DNA from: Zygophlyctis sp. KS116
Taxonomy: Eukaryota > Fungi > Chytridiomycota
NCBI GenBank assembly: GCA_054661495.1
Contig: BAAFSQ010000073.1
Span: 1 to 32,000 of the forward strand
Direction: 5' to 3'
DNA: 32,000 nt
A model generated the notes under the pieces. It worked only from the letters and a program-made list of their open reading frames with translations. It did not search any database and was not told where the DNA came from. Below are positions 1 to 11,946 of this stretch, one piece after another. Both the position numbers and the translations under genes were made by a program. Within the stretch, counting starts at the first letter, position 1. Each line of letters starts with the position of its first letter.

Positions 1-174
1 CTTGGACAATGTACTGAATGTAAATCTCAGGAAATTGTAATGCATCTCAGTTTGAAACTTTGCATTTTTAGTTTTTTAAAAACACTTATCTTTTGATTTT
101 TCTTTTAGAGAATTGCAATATGCAGAATATTGTTTATATATAAATGAATAATTTTAAATGTTAGTACAAACCTA

Positions 175-2515
175 CTAACTTTGATCAATATTCTCTTTAA
201 ATAGTTTCGCCTCTAATAATTGATTGATTCGAACTATAGATCGAATTTTTGACTCATACAGCTCTTGAGTCTGCTTATGTATTGCAGTGATATCAGTCAA
301 TTCATTTTGAAGCTTCAATGATTTCTCTTGTGCTTCCTGCTTTTCTCGTAAAGCAACTGCTTGTTGCATTTTGAGCATATCCATTTCTTTTTCTGTGGCT
401 CTAAATCATTAATCCAAAAGTAATTACTCCATATGTTTTGAGAGAAGCTGATGATCGTGTGAAAGTGAGCCTAAATTTATCAATGTAGTTTCAATTCTAG
501 ATTCAAGAGACCTTATTTCAGAATCCTTTTTTTGAGAATCCAAGGGCCTAAATGTTATTTGACAGTTTCATACTCATTTTGAATCATTATAGATATCTTG
601 GCGAGCTTCTGCTCTAAATAATTTGTCTTTTCAATTTGCTGAGTATTGTGCTTCAACTGACGTTCAAGTGCTTCATTCTGAGAAGTAATGTTATTAAGGT
701 TCACTATCAGCTCTTCAATTTTGGAGTCCTTTTCTGTGGTCAAGAAAGCTGCAGTGTCAAATTTTAAAAGCAATTCTGAATTGACTTTTTGTAACTTTTG
801 AATCTGATACTGTAATGATTTCATATTTTTTTCATGTTCCGTAATGAGTGTGGAATTTTCCTGCTGGAGAGCCGATATAGTATCATTATAGGAATTGAGT
901 TCTGAGTTTTTATCATTCATCAGAGCTTTCAAAGCTTCATATTTTGCCTCTTGTATATCTGATGTGAATAGCTGCTTTTTTAAAGCCAAAATATTTGAGG
1001 TATAGCTTACACGCAATGCAGCCTCAAAATTTAAAGCGATCAGCAACATAGCCTCTTCGTTAGTTTTTATATTTGAATTCCTATAAGGAAATACCTAATT
1101 GTAAGAGAAAAAAGTTACATTAAGATAAGGATCATATGCACAAAGAGAAGTGTAAGTCCTCAAGACTTGTTTGATAATGGTATTTCTGCTTAAGCTAGAA
1201 AAATCTTTTTTTTCTTGATTTTCGTTAGACTCTGTAAGGATTTCTGTGGTATTTTGGCTTATTTCTTTTGTTGATAAGCTCAAATCTTCATTTTCTGCCA
1301 TATTTTTACTGCGTAATAATAGACACTCTACCGTTATCCCAGACGGCTCCATATCCTTGAACCATATTTCTTCGCTTTCTTGAGAAACATCATAAACTAA
1401 AAGAGCGGGATGAAATGCATGAGATTTCAACAGCATTTTTAGCCTCGATGATACCTTGAGAGTTATTTGTACTTGTAAAGTCTTGAATAAACTCAATCTC
1501 TTTTCCCATAGTGGGTCTAACCAAGGTTCAAAACCGCTTGATTCCTTTGAAATAGTGCTGGTTGATATTTCTGTATTTGATAAATATGACCTTATTGAAG
1601 CAACTGTATGGGCCGGCATCATTCCATAAAGATGAGTAAAATAGTAATTAATTGCGCAGTATATTGATGCAGCCATTACAGCATGATCATGTTCCTCTAA
1701 AAATTAAAAAAATCTTTAAAAAATACCATCTAATTTCAAAAACATTGATTCCCACTTTAGTATATGTACTAAAATTCTAAATAAAGAATTATAATAATTT
1801 TTTACAGATTGCGACAAATGAGGAAGTAATATAGTAATAACCGCAAGCGAAGTCTTTACACCTAAAGGATGAGTATCTTTCTGTATAATGAGCAACAAAT
1901 GATGATTACCCATGCCAATTCTAAAATCATTCCAAATAACTTTGATTCTAGTAATATATACACTGGCACACCTTCTCTTTTTAACAGTCTTGATAATAAT
2001 ACCCAGCAAGAAATCCGTGATGAAGATCTTTTAGTTAATGACTCCATGGCTTCACAAAATAAAGCCATATGAGAAATTGCCACAGTTAACAAAACTTCTT
2101 CAACGATTTGCTTTAGATCTTGATTTTCTAATTCAGATTCTAATCTCATCAACAACTTTTTCAAGTTTTTGGTTCTGCTAGTGAATTTATGAGTCTGAAC
2201 GCAGACACAAGAATTCAAAGTTAATCGGAGCAACAGTAATCTACAATTTTCCATAATACCGAGATCCTTGCAAGTCTTTTGATCTGTGATGAGCGGTTCG
2301 ATAAGCTTTGGCCATAGTTCCTCAAAGGCTTGACAGGCAGAAGATCCGATTGAGTCTGTTGTTGCAATCTCTAAAATAAACTCTAGTACCATAATCTTTT
2401 CTTGCTGCGATGCAAACAAGGCGATCAGAGATGAGACAGAAATATTTGATAGCTGCTCATGATCTAAAGATTTCTTTTCCAGCCAAGATTGGTATATCCC
2501 AGTAATATAATTCAT
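175..2515 (-). CDS. TSC1: Hamartin / tuberous sclerosis 1 homolog (6 exons)
   Basis: Hamartin-like motifs 'YYFTHLYGMMPAHTVASIRSYL', 'HAFHPALL...WFKDMEPSGITVECL' and 'KDTHPLGVKTSLAVITILLPHL', followed by a long C-terminal coiled coil. Introns 1881-1909, 1697-1726, 1095-1118, 548-573 and 401-427 (24-30 nt, GT-AG) join the ORF fragments in frame. The start ATG at 2515 is the most likely; an upstream ATG reached via a possible 20-nt intron cannot be excluded. Confidence 0.8.
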
Positions 2516-2573
2516 ATCAGAACAACTGCAAAAGCTTAAAAACACGCTAATTCATTCATTCGCACGCGTTTCA

Positions 2574-3311
2574 ATGTCCTTGGCGTCAAATTTACACGAG
2601 TTCTTATCAATTGATCATTCAAATTTATTAAATAGCCTTGCATTAATACCGATTATAGCTCAAGTAATTTTAGTAGTTACACTCATTATATCTTATGGAA
2701 TTTCTGTAGGAGATGGATTGACCAGTCCTCTCCCAATAATATCTGAAATGGCATTGTTTTCTCCAGTCACTGAAATATTCTCACTAGGTTTCATATTTGC
2801 CCTGAACCTGATAGCTTTGTCATTGTTTTTGTATTTGATAAAGGTTTATCCTAGACTAAATGGACATGATACACTCTATGGTTATGTTAAATTAATATTT
2901 TATTCAACTCTAGTATATTATGTAGGTGGAATGCTTGTAGTAGTTTTTAGGACAGTATTTTCTAAATTATTTTTAAAAAATTAGGGATTTGTTCCAGCTG
3001 GAATCAGACTGTTTCATTATGTAGGGGTGTTAACTGTGGCTTCTTCTTCTACTTTAATATTTATCTGGGCTGTTAAAATAGACTGGGCTTTAAATAGTGG
3101 GACTAGATTAAGGGTTGGTCTGATACCAATGACTATTACTATATTAATCATATTTCTATCGTTTGTTCTAGTATCATATCTTAAAAGAGATCAACCAGAT
3201 TTTAATTTATATCGACAAGTTGCCGCTGGGTTTGAATGGGCATGGATAGGATGCCAAATTCTTTTTCTTTGGACTATTTATCGTGATTTAAGGCCAAAAT
3301 TATCTAGTTGA
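2574..3311 (+). CDS. Frag1/DRAM/Sfk1 (TMEM150-like) multi-pass membrane protein (2 exons)
   Basis: About 6 hydrophobic segments with family-like motifs 'LPIISEMALFSPVTEIF', 'HYVG' and 'AAGFEW'. The 30-nt intron 2955-2984 joins the two ORFs in frame. Confidence 0.7.
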
Positions 3312-3532
3312 TCTATATCTTTTATTATTGATGGAGCGATTAAATTTTTTAGATTTGGAAAAAGAGTGGAATCTTGAATGATGTTGGGTATCAATTAACA
3401 GTAATATAAAAATGCAAAAAGTAAGAAACTATAATGTATTTGTTGCAGACTTTTAAAAAATAATACTAAAATTAACCTGATTACGAAATTGAAGATTTTT
3501 CCTGTATCAAGGTTCAGCATACCTCCATTGGA

Positions 3533-3606
3533 TTGGTCAGGTGCAGGAGGGAGATAGGGCACCCATCAGGACTATTGTTTCTAGATCATTTGGTCAGGTG
3601 CAGGAG
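3533..3606 (+). repeat. 17-bp exact direct repeat TTGGTCAGGTGCAGGAG upstream of CDC48
   Basis: Copies at 3533-3549 and 3590-3606 in a GC-richer patch of an otherwise AT-rich intergenic region. Confidence 0.85.
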
Positions 3607-3638
3607 ATCTCGATTCTAACCACCGCGCGACAAGTTAA

Positions 3639-6356
<2,718 letters not shown>

Positions 6357-6409
6357 AGAACGGGTAAATGGCGTAAGAAATAAATGATGAAATAAACTTG
6401 CATTTTGTT

Positions 6410-8111
6410 TCAAATTTTGTTAGTATCACAATCTTCATCTTCCATCTGAAATTTATCAACAGCTGCTGACGAAAAGTCTGACATGACAGATTTTTCATCA
6501 TCTGAGCTATAATCATCCAATTCTTCATCAAAAGTATCTGCATCTCCATCAGAAGTATCCCTCTCTCGGGTTTCATTCTCAAAATGTGCTGATTTAGAAA
6601 TATTCTTTACAGATTTTTCCAGTTCAGAAAGTGCTTGAATATAAAACTCTTGATACTCTTTAAGTTGTGTCTGATTAATTCGAAGCTTTTCCGGCCCGTT
6701 TCCTGTCGTCCGCGAAACATTGACCATTTGGGATCTGAACCACTTAACTTGATGCCCCTCAAGGATTGAGTAGGCTTTTCCGGCTCTACCAGCTCTAGCA
6801 CACCTTCCTACTCTATGAGTAAATGTCTGAATGGTGGTCGGGACATCATAATTGATTACTGCAGTCACAGATTCTCCAAAATCTATACCCCTAGCGAGCA
6901 AATCAGAGGAAATAATTGCATTGATTTTTCCATTCTTAAAATCATTTATCCATTCCTTCCTATCACTCTTTTTAGCGTCTGAAGAAATAGCCTGAGACTG
7001 ATAGTTTAAATTTGCATTTTTAGAAAACTGATTAAATATGAATGCAAGTCTATGTGCAGTTTCGACTGATTTCGTAAATATAATCACGCCAGATATATTA
7101 TACTTGAATACAAGCGTTAAGCAAGTTAAAGGTTTATCATCGCTTGCATCAGTAGCTACAAAATATTCTGATAGTGTTGGCGGAAGAACCATTTGTAAAG
7201 AATCATCATCATCAATTTTTCTTTTCTTACTAATTTGAGAGTCGTCATTGATAATAGTACTTTTTACAGAAATAATCGTAGTATTATGCAATTTAAGGGG
7301 AGCCATTTGAGCTGGATTTTGGTTTAAAGTTGCAGAAAACAATAGCTTTTGAAGTGGAGTGTAAGCCATTAAAGTCCTTTGATCAAAGTCAAACTCTTTG
7401 TATCTTCTAGTCTGCGGTTGATTTCCGTTTAAATCATTTCTATCTCCAGTAGCCGATGCTAGAACATTTGGTAGCCAGTTTTGATAAGATTGATTGAGAA
7501 GCCGATCAGCTTCATCAATCACTAGAAATCTTAAATGGGCTAAAGAAAAGCCTTTAGTATTGTTCAAATGATCCAATAATCTCCCTGGAGTAGCAATAAC
7601 TATATCTACCATTGGGTCATCACATAATTCACCATTTGCATCTGAAAACAGACTTTTTGCCTCTAAAGAAAATGATGATTGTCCAGTCAAAAGAATGCAC
7701 TTTAAATTTGAACCTTTGATATACTGATCAAAGGTATTTCGGACTTGAATTGCCAAATCTCTAATGGGAAGAATGATCAATGCTCTAATTCTTGGAATAA
7801 TCCTAGAGATCAATGTCTCAATTATAGGTAAAACATATGCAAGAGTTTTGCCTAGCATTACTGAATGCATCCTTACCTGAGCCTGTAGGGGCACAACAAA
7901 AGATATCACCGGGGGAAATTCTAGCCGAAGAAAATCTAGTTTTCAGCAAGATTGGCAAAACTGCTGCTTGAACAGGAAATAGATGACTGATGCCATTTTG
8001 CTGCAGCTTTTGCATTAAGTGATCACATAGATTCCAATTCTTGATTTCTGATTCTGTAGTTGGAACCAAATCAGCTGAAATGGACAATGAACTCATAAAA
8101 TTTTGTTCCAT
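6410..8111 (-). CDS. DBP6: DEAD-box RNA helicase Dbp6/DDX51 (60S biogenesis), 2 exons
   Basis: Q motif LFPVQ, APTGSGKT (joined across the 25-nt intron 7852-7876), ATPGRL, DEADRLLNQSYQNW, LQKLLFSATL and HRVGRCARAG. The DEADRLL...QxW and LQKLLFSATL context is typical of Dbp6/DDX51. Confidence 0.85.
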
Positions 8112-8112
8112 T

Positions 8113-8123
8113 AAATTTTTTCA
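8113..8123 (-). promoter_or_regulatory. RRPE-like element TGAAAAAATTT immediately 5' of the DBP6 ATG
   Basis: The minus strand reads TGAAAAAATTT-A-ATG. This matches the RRPE motif of fungal ribosome-biogenesis gene promoters, although the AT-rich background weakens it. Confidence 0.5.
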
Positions 8124-8166
8124 GACTAAAAAAGCAAAATAAAATTGCTAAAAGCAACGAATAGAA

Positions 8167-9173
8167 TCAATCATCCAATGTAGACAAGCGTCTATGAGAG
8201 CTCTTGTGATATTTAACTTGCGATTTAAAGTCCAAATCACTATGGGCAGCTTTAGCATGATATTTTAATCCATTAAGATTCTTATATTTCTTTCCACAAC
8301 CTACAACCTTACAAATATAAGGACGATGAGCCAATTTCACCGATCCTGTTTCAGGCGGAGGTAGAGTATTTTCTTCTCCAGAATCATATTCTAATTCACA
8401 AGATCCTTTTTCCATGTGATATTTCAAACCATTAGAATTCTTATATACCTAATCAGTTAGTTTTCTTTAAATCAGTGCTTGAAAGTGTTACCAAGTCACG
8501 AAACCCCTAAAGTGAAAATTTTCACTTGGGAGAGACTCATACACACTTTCAAGCAGCTTGGAACTGGAATTTTTTCATAAAACCCCATAATCCAAAAACC
8601 AGAAAAAATATTTACCTTTGAACAATTAGGCTTCTGACACTTGTAAACCTTTCCATCAGAAATCGATTCAGAGCTAATCATTTTTCCAGTATTAATCATT
8701 GGAACTCTCATCATATCCTGATATCTAATTTCAGGAGAGATTAGAGATTCCATAGACATATTATTAATAGATGGTTCCTGAGGAAAGAAATTATGAGATT
8801 GAGCAGCAGCGACTGCAGCAGCAGCCGTCATATGATCAGAGTCATAACCATATCTAGGAATCATCGGATAAGACATATTCCCTCCATTCATATGATGGTG
8901 ATAACTAAGAAAGTTTGAATTCATTTGGGAAGAATAAGGATTCTTTTGAGGATCCAAGACATCTGCAATGTTTTTTAGTCCCATTGGAGTTGGCGGTGGA
9001 GAAGGAAGAGACTGATTCAACTGAAAAACACTCTTAACATGACTATTTTGGGAATCAGTCCCTTGAAATCCAGAGTGGGCAAACGATTGGTTTTCTACAG
9101 GGTAGGAAAGATCTTGATAAGATGTTTCCTGATCAGCATTAGCAGAAGAATTTGATTCGAAAATATGCTCCAT
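8167..9173 (-). CDS. Sfp1/JAZF1-like zinc-finger transcription factor (2 exons, about 279 aa)
   Basis: Paired fingers 'KVYKCQKPNCSKVYKNSNGLKYHMEKGSC' and 'RPYICKVVGCGKKYKNLNGLKYHAKAAH' carry the YKNxNGLKYH signature of the Sfp1 family. The 167-nt intron 8449-8615 has an ACTAAC branch site. The N-terminus is low complexity. Confidence 0.8.
8476..8555. other. Long intronic hairpin (13-bp perfect inverted repeat enclosing an 18-bp perfect palindrome)
   Basis: TGCTTGAAAGTGT (8476-8488) pairs with ACACTTTCAAGCA (8543-8555). The central palindrome is AAGTGAAAATTTTCACTT (8510-8527), with further AGTC/GACT and CCC/GGG pairs in between. Confidence 0.85.
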
Positions 9174-9263
9174 TTCAAATTTTTTGAATTTTTTTTTTGA
9201 ATTTTTTTGAAGAGAATTTTCAGGGTTAAAATTTGCCACTTTCAACAGTGTACAGGTTTTATC

Positions 9264-9275
9264 TGAAAAATTTCA
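9264..9275. promoter_or_regulatory. RRPE/Sfp1-site-like TGAAAAATTTCA upstream of the Sfp1-like gene
   Basis: Near-copy (TGAAAAATTTCACTT) of the intronic palindrome core, about 90 bp upstream of ATG 9173. Confidence 0.4.
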
Positions 9276-9402
9276 CTTTTTTTTTAAGCCTAAATACCCT
9301 GGCAACTTAGGTTTCTGACCCTGTCAACCCTCAACTTGCAACTGGTTGTGGGCTCAGTGTATTTTAAGTGCTACACATTAGTATTAAAAAATATTTTTTA
9401 TG

Positions 9403-11872
9403 CTAATGATGAGAATTAAATTCCATAGATGGATGGTAAATGGGATGTCTGCCTTGATCTGAATATCGATGTCTCATTCCAGAGAAACTCCATTTAATCT
9501 TGTTCCAAAAAATTTTAAATTTCACGCAGACACGATCGCAAAGGATGTTGACATGTTTGTAATCAGCAATTTGTATTCTAGGGAGTAAGAGTACATGTAA
9601 GTAATATATGGCTCTATAGTTCATGTCAAAATGAGTGTTTTCAAGGTTTCTATAAATTTAGTTTAGATAAGCAGGTTACATAAATTGTAGATTTCTACAA
9701 TTTAAAATTCCTAAATTCAAGGATCCTTTTAAATTGTTTGTATTGAGATCCCTTAAAATTAGTTTTTTTAATCTTTACAATTCTTGTAAATTTAAAAGTT
9801 TCCCAATAGATAAAGGTAAATATCCAGATAATTTGTTTTTTGAGAGATTTCTTGTTGATTAATCTCATAAAATTTACAGATTTTTTAAATTTTTCAAGTT
9901 TCCAATGGAACTTGGGATACTTGCGTCTAGTGTGTTTTTAGAAAGATCTCTATTTAATTAATAATTTTGCTGAAAATACAAAACTTCCAAGTGTCTCAAA
10001 TTCCCTATTTCTTGAGGTATCACTCCAAATAACTGATTATCAGCTAGATTTCTAAAAAGTAAATCAAATATTTAAAACTTACAAAGTTTGGAGAGATTTT
10101 AAATTCGCTATTTCTAGAGGAATGAATCCATTTAAGAAATTTCCATTTAGAAAACTTTAAATTAATCCTTGATAACTTACAGTTTTCTTAAATTTGTAAG
10201 TTTTCCAATCTCTGGTAATAGTTTGCCTTTTAATTCTTGATTTTCCCAATTAATCTTTGTAACGATTCTTTGACTAGATTCTGAATCACAATATACACCC
10301 TCCATTTCACAGCACGCATCGATTGAAGTTGGATCGATTTCAGTGATTCTTCCTAGCGATTTCCAAATCATAACCACCCACTGACAGTCATGAGAATTTC
10401 TAGTCTCTAAAAGACTTTTATGAGAAATGCTTTGTAGAGAAGTTAAAAGTCTCAACTTTTCTGGAATTGATCCATGCCATTCATTGTTATGGAGTGAACT
10501 GATGCATTAACATTTTAAAAATTTACACTTTTTCCAGCCTTTTCAAATTCACAATCTCTTGTGGAATAGTTCCAAACAATTGATTATTAGAAAGATACCT
10601 AATTATAAATCATCTTGAAACCTACAAACAACGTAGTTTTGTTAAATCTCCAATCTCTACAGGCACTGATCCATGAAACTTATTTTCTGATAGATCCCTA
10701 GCAAACTTAGTTTGAAGTGAAATACAGGTAATACAAATCTTCCAAATTTACAATCTCTAAAGGAATTGCACCAGATAAATGATTTTTATGAAGATCACTT
10801 GGGTTTTTAATAAAAAGAATTACAGAATTTGCAATCTACCAAGATCCCCAATCTCCTTTGGTAAAGAACCAGATAGTAAATTATCTGAAAGATTCCTTTA
10901 AATCAAAAAATTAATCTAGTTACAGATGCAATAAACCTTCCATATTTCTGATTGATACAGGAATTGATCCAGACAATTGATTTTGACATAGCTCCCTTGT
11001 ATTAAATCTAAAAGTTTTACAATTTCACCAATAATCTTAAATCTCCCAATGATTGAGGAATTGAACCATAAAATTGATTACTATGCAGTGATCTTAATTT
11101 AAAGAATGAGATTTTACAGTTTTCTTAAATTCTTTAAATTTCCAATTGACGCTGGTATCGTTCCAGTTAATTGATTATTTTGAACAAGACTTTTTGTAAA
11201 TGATAAAGATTACATTTCTTTCAAGAATTTTAAATTTCCAATAAAAGAAATTCCACCCAATAGTTTGTTATTATACAGAGATCTCTTATTAAAACCTTTA
11301 ATCTTACAATCTATTCAATTTCCTTAATCTCTTAATAGATGTAGGAATAGATCCTGTCAGCACATTATCAGACAAATCCCTAGATTTAAGATATTAAAAA
11401 CAATTACAGAGACTCCAACATTTTTAGTTTTCCAATATCTACTGGAATTGAACCAGAAAAATGATTATTTTGAAGATTACTAACAATTAAATCTATTGAT
11501 TTTACAGAATTTCTAAACTTGTTAATTGACCGATTGACTGAGGGATTGAATCATACAATGCATTATTAGATAGATCACTAGAAAATCAAAACCAAGAACT
11601 TACAGTCTCTTCAAAAACCACAATGCTCCTATTTCCTTGAGAATTCTTCCTTTTAATCCCTGATTTCCCCAATTGATTGAAATAACCAATGATCCTTGGC
11701 ATTGCACCCCTGACATTTGACAGCATCCATTGAGCGATGATCCCTTGATAGCGGTCTGTTTCCCCATCTTTTTCCAAATCTTGAGTACTATATCGCAGTC
11801 TGTACAAAGCGCCGATTGAATGGCAACCATCAATAGAATATACATCCCAGTCATCCCATTGATCATCATCAT
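9403..11872 (-). CDS. Secreted plant-type (LxxLxLxxNxLxGxIP) LRR protein, 19 exons, about 660 aa, with two Cys-rich N-caps
   Basis: Exons: 11604-11872, 11506-11577, 11408-11479, 11308-11379, 11214-11282, 11118-11189, 11021-11092, 10924-10995, 10824-10895, 10726-10797, 10626-10697, 10527-10598, 10181-10498, 10083-10154, 9980-10051, 9878-9949, 9779-9850, 9680-9751, 9403-9649. The total is 1983 nt, open and stop-free. The N-terminus is signal-peptide-like (MYILLMVAIQSALC). Which ATG is used is uncertain. Confidence 0.88.
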
Positions 11873-11946
11873 AATAAAGACTTTTACAACTGATTACAAC
11901 TGATAACAGATCGTAGTGTTGAGGAGGGCAGTTGGGGTTACATTTA

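Noticed and set aside
1-96. Short open frame LGQCTECKSQE... at the window edge
   Set aside because: It may be the 3' end of an upstream gene, but it is too short to support a call.
8476-8555. MITE interpretation of the intronic inverted repeat
   Set aside because: No target-site duplication and no second copy in the window. It cannot be fully excluded without the whole genome.
9174-9245. TTG-initiated N-terminal extension of the Sfp1-like gene
   Set aside because: Non-ATG start running through A-rich low-complexity sequence, more likely 5' UTR.
9650-11603. The roughly 98-bp periodicity read as a CRISPR array or satellite
   Set aside because: There is no invariant DNA repeat. The period equals a 72-nt LRR exon plus a roughly 27-nt intron.
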